A DNA stretch of 64,000 nucleotides from Lama guanicoe (GCA_013239625.1 MU053994.1:3601589-3665588), one strand, 5' to 3'; numbered from the stretch's first letter, positions 13,744-27,300 are shown. The notes: generated by a model not told the origin, from the sequence alone. Program-made: numbers and translations.

Positions 13744-13891
13744 GTTTTGAGGTGGGGCAGAGGGGAGGTAATTTGGCTTATTTATTTATTTTTTATTATT
13801 TATTAGAGGAGGTACTGAAGATTGAATCAGGACCTCGTGCATGCTAAACTAAGCATGCGTTCTACCACTTGAGCTATATCTTCCCTGGCTA
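13744..13891 (-). mobile_element. tRNA-Ala-derived SINE (Vic-1-like)
   Basis: Reverse-complement head gaggtactgaagattgaatcaggacctcgtgcatgcta...agcatgcgttctaccacttgagctata; perfect TSD catccactgatt (13732-13743 / 13892-13903). Confidence 0.92.
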
Positions 13892-13909
13892 CATCCACTG
13901 ATTTTTTTT

Positions 13910-14545
13910 TAAAAATGAAAAAATTATGTTTCTTGGTCCCAGAAAGTCTTAGTTTGAAATGTGGTTGACTGTCATTAAGTGTTCCCTTATTTTCTCCACA
14001 TTGTTACCTGTGTTCTTTAGTAATTTCATTTCAGTATTGTAGTTCCTTTCTGGCAAGTGGTCTGCCTTCTACGGCGGCACCATGGTGAAGCTGCACTGCT
14101 TACTCTTCAGATTGAAAGACCAGATTCTCACAGCTTCTTCGGCAGGGAAGACTCCCCTCTAAATTCAGCTTCTCTACAGGCCCTCCCTGCAACATTCCCC
14201 ATGGCTTCTACCACTCTTCCTCTGAGGTGGGATAAGTACCAAGATTTTTAGGGAGCAAACTTATTTCTAGGAACTGAGATGCTCTGGGTCTCATCTCTAG
14301 AGTTTTTGCCAGAGGAATTTCTTAGACATTAGTTAGGTCTGGAGAGAAGCAAAGTTCTGCACCAGCTTCTGTGTCAGGATGCTAAGGCATCTGACCAGGC
14401 CTTCCTCACTCTCTTCAGCTCCCATCAGCCCACTGGGCCCTGTGGATGCTTTTGTTCAGGAGAGGTTAGAGGCATTCAAATTGGTGCTGTGAGGCACTCA
14501 GGAGCAGGGATGCAAGTTTCTGCTGACATCTTCCCAGAATCCCTT
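13910..14545 (-). mobile_element. Very old L1/HAL1 5' region remnant
   Basis: Ends ctgctgacatcttcccagaatc, resembling the antisense gccatcttcccagaa 5' terminus of ancient L1s; heavily decayed. Confidence 0.4.
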
Positions 14546-15124
14546 CTAACCTTTCCACCTCTGAACATAGGCAGTGTCCACAGAAAACTAGGCCATTGGT
14601 GCATAGAAAACCATGTGAGCTGAGAGTCTGAATGACATTAAACAGTGCTTAGGTTAAGGCATTTAAAAATCAGTTGTCCTCATTAGCAAACAAGCTAAAA
14701 TATACTACTTAAGTGAGATGAAAATTTGGCCTAAAACTCTGAATATTATGATTCCAGCAAACATGTTTTAGTTGGCTCTGGGTCCCCATGAAAGAAGAGT
14801 AAATAAAATTTCATAAAAGTTAGGAATGTGTTAGTATCATTTCCAGCACTCTCCAAACTGGCTTTAACTGGAAGGTTAATAAGGGTGTCCTATAGGTTTT
14901 GTTTAATTCTTCAACAAAGTTAAATCGGTTTCTGTTTTGCTGCTCGACTTTTCCATGCCATTCTTATCCTAAGGTGTATTGTAAATATCTAAGAAGGGGA
15001 AATCAATGGTCACAGATAGCCTAGTGACTGCTGTTTGGGGAAACATTGCCCTTTTTCAGTGACCTGTGAAATAACATCCCCACTTGGCTGAGCTATTGTG
15101 TTTTAATTTGAATCCCTCCAAAAG

Positions 15125-15428
15125 CATATCTTCTGAGTAGGTCTGAGTGGAGCATTTTATCTGAGAAGTAATGTCAGGAAGCAGTCCTAGGAATGTACGG
15201 AAGTGAGACAGGGAAGGGAACACAGCCAATACAGGGTGCGTTGATGTGGGTAACTGGTGATCAGTTTTGCTGAAGATCTCTAGGTGAGGGTATCAAACAT
15301 CCTACTTGAGAGGTGAGGATGCTGAGCAACTTATCAACAAACTCCCATGCCTCTGTGTCTGAGGGTAGTGTGTAGAGAACAGTGAGTTCCAAGGGGATAT
15401 GGGTTGGATGCCAACAATGTCAGCTACA
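15125..15428 (-). mobile_element. LTR16-family ERVL LTR remnant
   Basis: ggaagtgagacagggaagggaacacagccaatacagggtgcgtt is a characteristic LTR16 phrase; ends tcagctaca. Confidence 0.65.
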
Positions 15429-18239
15429 TATTGTAAACTGTATTGCAAAAGGTCATGTCTTTGTTTCCTTGTTCCTTATACTGCTGCTTCTTAAAATCCT
15501 ATGCAACCTTCACATTCTATGTCAAATACTACTTCCTCCAGAAATTCTTCCTTAATTTTCCCTGCTATAAATGACACCCTTCATTCTTTATACCATCATA
15601 ACATTAGTTTTAAGCCCTTACTTGAATAATTTTTCTCTTCTCTTATGCAATTTCCTGCTATTGCATTGTAGTTATTCATAATTAAATTCTGTGTCTCTTA
15701 CCAAGACACTTAACCCTTGAAGGGAAGGACATAGCTTATTCATCTTTCTATTCTTGCAGTACTTAGCACAGTGGCTTGTTCAGGATAAGATTCCAATCAG
15801 TTGTTTGTTGAATGACTGAAAATCTTCATATTCTAGAACAGAAAGTGCATGAGCAAAGCATGATTTAATACATGAAGAATTCAGTCGTTATTTCTACAAG
15901 TAAGAGGAAGGCTTGAATCACTTATTTTCAGAACAGTCATTTTCATTTGTTGGATGAAGTTTGTATCTGGATGGCCAAACATTTAAATAAATGCCGGGAG
16001 GGGCTGCGTAATTTCATCATTCCATCTGGACTGCAAGACCCGTGTATGGGTGGGTCTGTTCTGAAGGCATGCTTCGAAGTAGTTAAGTATGTCCTAGGGA
16101 ATTTTCTGACTTTGTTCGAGCAGATGTTTTCTGTAACTTGTACTGGCCTTTGTTTAGATAAATACAAAAGTCAGGATAGTTCCATTTTGCTTTTTTATAG
16201 GCAAAAACTGTCTTCTGCATTTGTAATAAATATTTATAGTCATTTTTATACATTAAATGCTATTAATCAAGAGAAGTAATCTGAGTTAAGCTATTGTCCT
16301 AAATAAGTAAAAAAAAATGGGGGTATAATTGGAAATGGCTCCCCCTCTCCTATATTTGTACTGTTCTACTTAATATTTGGCAGATGGAGTATGAACAGAA
16401 ATGTTTAAGTTGGAATGCTTTATGGGGTTTTAAACTGTTGTTAATTAGTCATGAAATAATTTTAATTACTTAAAAATTCCATTATGATAGTGCTTCAGAT
16501 ATGTGTCACACATTAGTAAACTATTACAGACCCACGTTTTGTAAATCATTTTACTTACACTTAAAGTGATGGGAAGAAAAATAAGGTGAACATATTTCAT
16601 ATATTTATAGAGAAGAGATTTGACAGGGTAAAGAAAAACTGTTTACCTCAAATTGAGCTATAAAAATCCTGAAGCCTTTGGGTTTTTATCAGTGGTTCAA
16701 AGCAATTATGTTTAAAAAATGGAAAAAGTCATATGAAGGAAAGAGGAAGATCAATTGAGTCTAAGCCCCTTCTTCCAAACTCCTCTTTTTACTATTTCCA
16801 TTCTTTATTTTGACTATTTATACTTTTGTTCCTAGCCCAGTAGAAGGAAGAGACAGTTGTAACTATAAAAAATAGCCTTTTAATAGCACAGGGAAGATTT
16901 GCTGAGGAAGGAAGACCTTATATATAAGGTGCTGGGGAGTAAAGGGAGATTTATTCCTTTGTTCATTCAATCGTTCAAATATGTGTTGAATGAACAAGTG
17001 AAAGACTATGGAGACATAGTTCTCAGCTTCAAGGGGTTTGTAATTTAGTAGGAGACAGAACACATGTAGTCAAATGACTATTATATAACATAGACCATGT
17101 AAGTACCCAAAGATAGGCTGGAAAATATTAAAAAATATAAAAGAGAATTACTTCAAGTTGGGGGAGGGGTGGAGTCTGGGAAGACTTCTTTAAAGAGGTA
17201 GCATTTGAGTCTTATTCTGAAGAATGGGTAGAAATTTAACAGCAGGTAGGAGACTATTCACAAGAGATACATTATCCTTTTCCCTTTCCTCTAACTGTAT
17301 CCTCTCCTGTACAGCCCAAGTATGTTGGGGACAGCTGGCCCTGTTTCAAGCTCCAGGAGTGGCCCTGATTGCCTTAAGCAGATAAGCATCTTCCGGTCCC
17401 CAGGCCAAGGTAGAAAAGGTGCAGGGAAATCAATGGGTCTGAAATACAGGCAAGGTTTCCTCATCATAGATCTGGGTTGGAGGAAGATCAAGATACCAGA
17501 AATTGAAGTGATCAGGCAGTGGAGCTGATAGTGTTGGGGACTTGGATTGAATAGCAAATGTCATGGATCCACTGCCTAGGTCAGGAAAATTAATTCGATT
17601 CAGAATGGTATCAGATTTGACTCAAAGAAGGAAATGATTCCCCTGGCATGTCCAGAATGCAATGCTTTTTAACACACTGGCTCTGGTTCACCTGATCATT
17701 CAGCCTGGTTTTAACATGGCATCCTACCCTCCACCCCCAACACACACAGAGTGATTAATCCCTCAATTGTATCCTCATACATTTCTCAGATCTCTTTACT
17801 TCTCTCTGTCCTCACTGTTGCTGCCCAGTTTTCTCACTCCTTCTCATCCATATGACTGCTGTCCCCAACTGATTGATCACCCTGGCATCCATTTGGCCAC
17901 TTCCCATTCTGGAGTGACCTTTCCAAAACAACAATCATATTCTCAAGCCTGGTCTTCCCCTCAACGTCCATCTATGCCTCACTCATACTGCACATGCGAC
18001 AGCTTCCCACATTAAACAACGCTCTTTATCTTTACATACGATGGTTCTTTGCTTATAATCATTGTGTCTCCTTTCCTCTGTCCCCAGCTCATGAGTCAGG
18101 CCTTCCTCAGAATGTGAGTATTTGGGACCCTTTCTCCTTAATTCTCAACCTACTGAGACTGAGGGGGATGGTGGATGCATTAGTCTCCTGCTGTGACTTT
18201 GGGGGGTGAACACTGGGCAGCAGAGTGTCAGTTCGTTTC

Positions 18240-18420
18240 AATGAGGTGTTTTAGGAAATGTAGTGCAAGACTGAAGACTCTATTCTGTGTCCCGCTGCAA
18301 CTCTCGCGAAGCTAGTAGTGGGCGAAGGCAGGGCGTTGGAGAACAGACTAGCCGTTAACTAAGGTCAAGACAGCCAGAAGTCAGAGTCTAGAGGGATGGG
18401 GACTGTAGAGCGGCCAAGGG
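18240..18420. promoter_or_regulatory. Candidate small promoter/enhancer patch
   Basis: About 8 CpGs in about 190 bp against a CpG-poor background; ACTACATTTCC on minus (18254-18264), TCTCGCGA (18302-18309), CTACAGTCCC on minus (about 18399-18408). Confidence 0.35.
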
Positions 18421-19762
18421 CTTTGAAGCAGGACTGGGAGGGCAAAGAGTTGAAGGCTCTGGACTCTAATGTCTCCTCTAATCTCTGGTTTTGTCTTGCC
18501 CAGCTTGTTTGCACCACCCCCACCTCCCAAAGGTGGCTGATGTAAAATTATCTCAATGTTTAAAGGGACTGTTTTGCATTATTTTTGAATCTCCTTATGA
18601 AATTTAATAACAAATGCTTCTAGTTTTGAAAAAGTTTATGTTTTGGAAAACTCTCCCAGCAATATTCATTTCTAAATTAATTTTGTTCTATAGGTAGAGA
18701 AGGCTAATTAATTAATCATAAGAATGAGCTTTTAGAATAATTCCTCTCTTGCCTCATACTGTGTGGAATTTTAACTAAGTACCAGATAAATTAGTTCTGC
18801 ATTTGTGGCATTTTCCATAGCTAATGTTTTACAACTGTTCAAAAACATAATCAGTCACTGTAGGACAGCAGTTTTTGCAGCTGCATTACAAAGAAAGTTG
18901 CATGGTCTGTATTTGTCATCATCACCAATCTTAATTTTGATGTTAAACTCTTATTAATGAAGATTAAATAAACTCATTTATTCAACTACTATTTATTGAG
19001 CATTTAGTATAAACAGCACATTGTGTTAGGCACTGGTAGGTATGTAAGGGTATAAAAGACCCATTGCACCTCTCAGGGAGAGAATCTGGTAGGAAGTATA
19101 AGATACATTGAGAAATAGTAAAAATAGAAGGAGAGATATAACACATGTCATTAAAGAGGTATAAAGTGAGGTAGTTATTCCAGTGGAGTCACTGAGGAAG
19201 AATTCTTTGAGTGCATATAGGGAGTAGAGGTGAGAAGGGAGGAAAGGTATGTCTAGACAGAGATAAGTCTGTGAGCAAAAGCTAAATGGTAAGAAAATAT
19301 AGGACTTATTTAGAGGACTGACAAGGAAGTATTTTATTTTGGAAATGTTCACTGGGACAGATTAGACAGGGATTTAAAACATGCTAGAGTGAATGCTTGC
19401 TTATGTATGTATGTATGTATGTAAGTATGTATGTATTTATGGTAAGTATTTCTTAAAATGAGATCTGCAGACCTACAAGATCCATGTCTTCTTTTTTAGA
19501 TTATTTTTACAACAACAAAGGATTGTTTCTCATTACATCTACACTACGGGTCAGCCGTGACTCTGCTTCACTCCAAGCTATTGCTACAGCATCTATCTGG
19601 AACACTTCTGGTTGGCAGGGCAGAAGGAAAGAAGAATATGAAAGCTGTGCCATGTCATGTAAAGCTTCTGTTCAGAACTGATGCATTTCATTGGCCCAAT
19701 AAGGCCTATGAGAACTGAAAAAGTTTTAGGTTTTCATTTAGATGATAATCTAAACATTTTTT

Positions 19763-19899
19763 TGTCTTTTTTTTTAAAGGGGAAGCTAAGTGGGTATCTA
19801 TTTATTTATTTATTTATTTTTAATGGAAGTACTGGGGATTGAACCCAGGACCTTGTGCATGCTAGACATGTGCTCTACAACTGAGCTATACCCTCTCTA
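19763..19899 (-). mobile_element. tRNA-Ala-derived SINE (Vic-1-like)
   Basis: gtactggggattgaacccaggaccttgtgcatgctagacatgtgctctacaactgagctataccc; TSD ctaaacatttttt (19750-19762 / 19900-19912). Confidence 0.93.
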
Positions 19900-20054
19900 C
19901 TAAACATTTTTTGGATATATTTTGGATGACCTGAACATTCACCTTTAAACTGAGGACAACCATAAGAAGATGTGTTGGCTTCACTGATTAGTGTCAAATA
20001 ATATCAATGGGTTGTTCTATTAGCTCTCCCTAGGCAATCAGATGCAGCTGGAGA

Positions 20055-20155
20055 AGGGGGGAGGGCATAGATCCTAGGTTCAATCTCCAGTACCTCCAAT
20101 TAATAAATAAATAAACCTAATTACTCCCCACCAAAACAAACAAACAAACAAAAAA
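20055..20155 (+). mobile_element. Vic-1-like SINE with internal deletion in the tRNA head
   Basis: gggagggcatag joined directly to (a)tcctaggttcaatctccagtacctcc, then (AAAT)n-cctaattactcccc-(AAAC)n tail as in the 6759 copy. Confidence 0.85.
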
Positions 20156-20179
20156 GAAGCTGTTGGGAGAAAATAAGTG

Positions 20180-20633
20180 ATCCTGATGTCTTTTCCCCAG
20201 TTGAAGCCAAATGACATCACCAGTGTACAGTGAAGATGTCCCAGGGCTTTGAACAGAGAAGTGGGAGGATTTAGGCATCACAGGTGCATTGCAATATAGA
20301 TGGGTGTGCCAAAAAAACAACAGCAGGGACAACAAACAAACAAATCTGTGCCACAGCATTCAGTGCAGTACTCATGTTTGAGATGATAATTTAGTTTAAG
20401 CCAATTATTATCTTTCACATTAAATTCATGTTGTTAATTTGACTTTCATTGGTTTGGTAGTTTTGTTTTTATTTAATTTGTAGTTATTTTAGTTTACGGT
20501 TATGTAAGAGATCTAAACATAAAGAGTTTGTGACACCGTTATATTTTCTGTAAGTAAAATGCTGATAAAATGAATTTCACTTTTTCCCCCTTTAAAGGGA
20601 TACCCATACATTACTGGACTTTGAGAAACACTG
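20180..20633. mobile_element. hAT-Charlie DNA transposon remnant
   Basis: Ends in tttgagaaacactg, the reverse complement of the Charlie-type TIR cagtgtttctcaaa; AT-rich subterminal body. Subfamily not determined. Confidence 0.55.
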
Positions 20634-23199
20634 AGGTAGATAATGGGAACCCACTGATGAATTTTATGGATATGAGTGACATGGTTGGGGCTGTGCCTAA
20701 GGAAACTGGTCTGGCAACAATCTGGAGTGTTTACAAGAAAAAGAAAAGTCAAGGATAGGTGAGAGAACGCAATTTCAAGAATCCAGGTGCGTGGCAGTAA
20801 GAGTTTATGGGAATGGGAAAAAAAAGGGGCAGATGAAGAGATGTTGGTAGAGGAGCATTAATGGAAAGCTTTCAGGGACTACTTTGATTTATGGAAAGAA
20901 GGAGAGAGAAGAGTCAAAGTTCTCTTGAGATTTTTATTCTCTATAAAGGAAAGACTAGGAGTACCATGAGTAGAAATTGGACAAATGGAAAAGAAATCAG
21001 TTTAGCAAAGCCAGAGTTTGACTTTGGACACGATTTTCACTCTGTTAATAATAGTTTTCAAATAGGTTAATCCATTTAAAATATATAAAAGTAAAGAAGA
21101 AAATAATTCTTTTTAAATGAGGGGGTTAATATAGTAGTTTACCTACAAATAATTTTATTTTTATATCTTTGGCACCTAGAACATTGCTTGGCACATAGAA
21201 TGCATTCAATAAATGTTAGATGAACTGAATTTGTTGATATGAATTAAATAAGACTACTTAAAAAGATTAATCACTTGGATTTCTACTCCTGGCACTATGA
21301 CCAAATACGAACTTCAAAGAAACCTGCAGCTTCAGAACAACTATATTCTACATAGAACACACTTTTTGAGACTTAATCAGAGGAAGAGAGATATTCAGGA
21401 CCAGAGAAGCTGACTGCAATGAGAGGCAGATTTCCCCTAAAGGTATGTGACAATAGAGGCTTTGCTGCTGGGATATTGAACCTTGAGACAATGAAGAGGT
21501 AGGTGAGATGCTCCAGGGACTCTTGCACTCAGTCAAACCCTTCTGGCTGAAGTAAGCCCCTGGCTCCTGGATGAAGCAAAAGCAAACACTCTAGAGAAAA
21601 GCTTCCCCAAATTTTGCCCACAAAACTCCCACTAATTAAACTGTAACAGTGATCTCATAACTGAACATTATAAAAGTCATGGTAAGGAAATTCACAATGG
21701 GTGAAGATCATCATAAACAACAAACAATAGATCTGGACCCTTCAAGGATACAGATACTAAAATGATCAGATATTGAACAATGAACAGTTGGGTATGAAAT
21801 GTTTAAGGAAATAAAGGGGACACCAATAAATCTAAATATACAACAAGATACTAGGACTAACCAGATAGAATTGAAAAAAAATTAAATCCTAGAAATGAAA
21901 TGTGTAACTGTTGAAATAAAATCTCAATGACAGATTGAATAGCATATTAGACAAAGCTTAAGAGAAAATTAGTGAATGTGATTTAGGAAGGCAAGGAGAT
22001 GGAAAACAGTAAAGAGAAATAGAGAATCGAATGAGAACGTGGTCTAATACGCATTTAATCTGAGTGCCAGAAGGAGAGAATAAAAAGGATAGAAAAAAGG
22101 CAATATTGAAAGGATAATGGATGTGAATTTTCCAGACCTGGTGAAAAATATGAATCCATAAACCCAGGAAGCACAACATAATCCAAACAGGATTAATAAA
22201 ATACAATTAGAATGACATCAGACTTTCCACAGCAACCACGGAAACAAAAAAGAAGCAGTGGAATAGTATCTTCAAAGTGTTCAAAGAAAATAATTGTCAG
22301 CTTAGAAATGTGTTACAAGAATAGTATCTTTGGAATTGAGAATAAAATACATTTTCAGTAAACAAAATCTAAGAAAGTTCACCTCCAAGATGTCTGCACT
22401 AAAAGACATTCTAAATGATATTCTTTATAAATTAGGAAAATTATCCCATAAGGACAGTATACGATACAAGAAGGAATGGTGAACAAATGAAATATCTACG
22501 TATGTAAATCTAAGCAAATACTGTGTCATAAAACAATAATTATAACATTATTAAATGTGTGGACAGCAGCATGTAAGTCAGAAAAGGGGTAATCAACAAA
22601 GTGTTCAGGAGGTAGGTTAAGATATTATTTATCATTATACTTTATAAGTTAAACAGTAATGCTTAAAAATTCAAGGGCAACTACTAAAAGAATAAAAAAT
22701 AGAATACATAAATTCCACATCAGTAGGAAGATAAAATGGAATTAAAAATCAACTGAATAGACTCAGTCAATCCTGAAAAGTATTAAAAGAGAAAAAAGAA
22801 GGAAGAGTAAGTCACATAAAAATAAAACAAGACATAGAAACATGTTCATTTATATTAATGATCACAATAAACAGATATATCAACACAAAATCATGAAGGG
22901 CTCAATTGACCAGGGAGATAAAAAAATCCTAAATTTGTATGTATCTAGTAAAATAGTCTCAAAATATATAATGTAAAAATTGATAGAAGTACAATAATTG
23001 ATAAAACATCATAGTGAAAGATTTCAGTATAAGAAATGTATAAGAAAAGAATGTACATACAGAAGTTTTGAACAACACAACTAAAAATCTTGATCTAATG
23101 GACATTAATAGAACTCCACACTCAGTTATTAAATAGTATACATATTTCTTAATGTCATGCATAATATATGAATAAATTAAGGAAGAAATCATAATAAAC

Positions 23200-23643
23200 T
23201 GTCAACTGAAAAAGATCACAACCTAAAAGTTGAGAATTATATTTTATTTGGCAGACATTTCTGAGGACTCAAGCTTGGGAGGCAGCTTTTCAGATATCGC
23301 TGAGGGACTGCTCCCAAGAGGTGAGGGAGGAGCGAGGATATATAGGAGTTTTTGCAACAAAAACCAGCTGCTCAGAACTTAAAAGATTACTGTTAATTAA
23401 AGAAAACCAGACATCCCAAGTTAATGAATTTAGCACTCTTCTATGTATGGGAAGATGCAAGAGTCTGGGATCCTTGAAATCATTTTTTTGACATGCACCT
23501 TTGCCATCTAGGGCCAGTATCCTGTTCTTTCCCATCCTGAGTCCCCTCAGGGTACATCCCTGGGGGTGGCTGCAGTGGCTGAGGGCTTGGCAGCAGGCAG
23601 CCTGCTTGTCTCCATCTCTTGTTTACTGATATTTTCATTCACA
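23200..23643 (-). mobile_element. ERV1 solo LTR, MER41-like (copy 1 of 3)
   Basis: tgtcaactgaaaa...ttttcattcaca TG/CA ends; AATAAA and TATA-like signals on minus; alignable to 47800-48329 and 54971-55472. Family name from memory. Confidence 0.85.
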
Positions 23644-24389
23644 GGACATTTAAAAAATAACTACAACTGAGTAATAACAATACTACATATCATATTTTGT
23701 GGATGTAGACAAATCAGTATTAAAATGAAACTTTATAATCTTAAAATGGTTATATTATAAAAGAAAAAAGCTTTTAAATTAATGAGAAAAAACTAAGAAA
23801 TTAGAAAAACAACAACATATCAAAGAAAGTAGGAGAATGGATAGAGTAGGAAAGATTAACAGAGCCTAGCTCGGCTATTAGGAAATGTTAATAACAAAGG
23901 TAAACCTCTAACATGTTGATCAAGAAAAAGAAAGAGAAGGCATACATAATATTAGGAATGAAAAAGATATAACTGCAGACACAGAAGAGATTAAAAGTAT
24001 AATAAAATATTCTGAAAATATTATAAACAACTATCTCCAACCAATTAAAAAAGAGACATTGAAAAATGTCCAGAAAAATATCACTTACCAAAACTACCTC
24101 AAAAAGAAAGTCTTAATAGTCTCATTACTATTTAAGAAATTATATTAGTTTAATATTTTCCCACAAACATCAGCTCTACATGGTTGTACAGGTGAGTTTA
24201 TTAAAATTATAATCACTAGATTATTCCAATTTTATAGAAAGTCATATATCAAGTCTTTAGAAAACTTTAAGAATTGATATATTCACCTGGTTATTCTATA
24301 AGTTTAATATCAAGACCAGACAAGGAACAACAAAAAAATTACAGACCAATCTCATAACTGAATATATGCAAAAATCCTTACCAGATAGT

Positions 24390-27300
24390 CTATTGTTGAA
24401 CCTCTGTATTGAACTTTTCAGTTATTGTGTTCTTTACCTCTGTAATTTGTTTGGTACTTTTTGGTATTTTCTATCTCTCTGTTGGAATTCTCACTTTGTT
24501 CATGCATTGCTCGCCTCATTTTGGTGAGCATCTTTATAACCATTATTTTGAACTAAGTGAGGTAAATCACTTATCTCTGGTTTATTAAGATCTGTTTCTG
24601 GAATTTTACTTCTTTTGTTTGAAACATATTCCTGTTTCTTCATTTTCCTTGACTGTCTGAGTTGGTTTCTGCACATTAGATAAAACAATCACCTCTCCCA
24701 ATTTTGACAGAATGATCCTATGTAGGAGATGAACCTCATTGATCAGCCCAGTCTATGCTCTTGGTTGTCTCTCAAACTTTTGTGATTGTCCAAATTACCT
24801 TCTTTGTTCTCAATACCTCCCAGTAGTTGATGGTGTGCCAAGCCCCATCCATGACCCAAAGGGGAGGACTGCAGTCAGCACCTAGATGTAGATTTATTAG
24901 AAACCAGAGCCTCAGGGAGAAGCTGGGAAAGTATACAGATAGGTCCCTTCTAGGGAGCAACTGGGAGATGGATGATTTTGCCGGCTCCCTCTGTGCTGGG
25001 CTCCAGTGTGTAGCCATGAGGATGGGGGTGGGGAGAGTGAGCTCCAGCATCCATTAAAAATTTGTTATTTCGTTTGTTTGCTACAGTTCTGTGGGACTCA
25101 CAAATGCAAGTCCCATTGGCTGTTAGAGCCAGTTGATCCAGTGGCCTATCCCTTGGGTGGCTGCTACAAAAAGTGGGGACCTGATATGTGTTCACAAGCT
25201 CCTTCCAGGGAGATACTATCTTATTGCAGTCAGCTGGAGGGAGAAGGCATGTGAGGTGTCTGCTAGTTTCCCTGGTATCTGGGGAAGACTGCAGCCAGCA
25301 CCTACACACTTGCTAAATTAGAAGCCTGACCTTCAGGCAGCAGCTTTTAAAGTATGCAGATACACCTTCCTCAGAGGAAGACTGGGGGATAGGTGGTTTT
25401 GCTTGTTCCCGGTGTGCTGAGCCCTGGGGCGACAGCCAGTTAAGAATTGTTTCTTTGTTTGCTACAGTTCTGTGGGGCTTCTGACGGAAGCCCCTTGGGC
25501 TATCAGGGCCAGACATCTGGAGACCGGCCTTTCAGGCAGCGGCCATAAAAGACGGGTTGCAGACACTTGTACACGTGTAGCTCCTTCCAGAGAGATACCG
25601 GTGACTTGGAGCAGGTGGGAAGGAGGAGGCTGGACAAGTGTCTTCTGGCTTCTCCAGTCTCCGAGGACAATTCCGTGCAGACCTTAGTGTTACTGAACAC
25701 AAGTTCATGTGCCGAAATTTAGTTTAGTTTCAAGTTACCCAAATCTGGAGACTATTTTAGACAGACATTCGCAAAACATAATTATTCCCATAGAGTTTAC
25801 CTAAAAGCTCTTATCTCATTTCCATCTACTTTCCTTAAAAGTTTCTTCACATGGAGTTACTTTTCTTGTTGAAAAATTTGAAACAGATATAATTAGGTCT
25901 TATTTGATCTCTAGTAAACCTAGGTACAACAGGAGTATTATCCTCAACCTTGATGACTCCAAAACATGGCTGTATTAATCAAATCAACAAGCTTAAGCTA
26001 GCTTCAATTATCAGTACTGAATATTTCCCAGATCACGTGAAACTGAAATTTATTCCTTCATATTTCTGACAGGACACAAAACACAAATCCAAATAACCAG
26101 TCCAGGTCTTAAACAGACATTTTCTTAAAACACAAAATACTCCCAATGGCAGACGCAAGTCAGAGCCAACTGGCCCAGGTAGCACCCTGGTCCTAATAGT
26201 ACCTGGTGCTCACAAATGACCCTCAATGACGATTCACATCAGAATCAACTGGCCACAAAGGAAAAGCTGCCCAGGGGCACTCTGGTAGACTTAACCTGGT
26301 CCTGGAGCTCCTCAGCTCGTTTCAGATGAGACATAGCCCCACCATTTCACTTCCACTCCCAGATGGAGGACCCAGAGTGGCTCGCAATGAGCCCAGAATG
26401 GCTCACTCCCTGAAAGGTGGAGTGGGTAGAATTTCCCATCCTGCACAAGCTGGCGTGGCTCACCCCAAAACGATACACACAAAAACACAACAAACAAGGT
26501 ACGGTCGCACAGACAGCAAATCAGAGGAAGTGTAATCTAAAAACGCCACTTCCACTTCCAGATGGAGGTTTCCAAACAGATGGGCCCAGTTCTCCAAAGA
26601 GAACAGACCCAGAGTCACTCTCAATGAGCCCAGAGAGGCTCACTTCCTGGGGGAATGAGCCCAGATGGAGTGGAGAGAATTCCCAGCCTGCACAACCTGG
26701 AGCTACTCACCACCAGGCAACACCGACTGTGGACCGCAGCTCCAGAAGCTTCTCGGCTCCAAACAGCCTGGTGCCTGGGTGGCCGACGCAGGTCAGGGAG
26801 TGTCCCTCCTGGTTCCCCGGGGTGAAGTGAGCTCCGGCAGCTGCTGGGGACCCACCCAGGCAAGGGGTGGCCCCAGGCCAGGGTCAACCTGCCATGGGCA
26901 CAGACTCCTAGGATGGCTTCCGCAAAGTTGTTACAGAACGCAAGTTCACGTGCACAGTGAGACCAAACAAACTGAAATGTGGGAGTCTGGAGCAGAGAAA
27001 GGTTTATGCAGGGCTGAGCCAGGATAAAGGCTGGCTCATGCCCAAGAAAACCCAGAACTCCCCAATGGTGTTCAGAGAGACGGTTTTATAGGCAAAATCT
27101 GGGGTGAGGGCAGCAGGGTGTGTGACTTTCTTCTGATTGGCTGGTGGGAAGGTCACAGGGTGGTGCTCCAGGAATCCTGTGCTCAGCCTGAAGTTGCCAT
27201 CCTCCACCTGGGTGGGGGCCCTCGTTCCTACAGAACCCAAAGATACTGTTATGCGTATACCTGAAGGAGGAACAAGGACCCTGGTTTTCTTGACTGTTCC

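Noticed and set aside
14070..14092. Kozak-like ggcaccATGg or REST-like site
   Set aside because: Short frame, only a partial REST match, and probably within an old L1 5' remnant.
23200..23643. STAT1/GAS interferon enhancer in the MER41-like LTRs
   Set aside because: Manual scan found no TTCN3GAA in any of the three copies.
24891..26720. CRISPR-like or novel repeat array
   Set aside because: Units are long and diverged with no constant repeat plus unique spacer; explained by L1 monomers and an ERV leader duplication in a mammalian genome.
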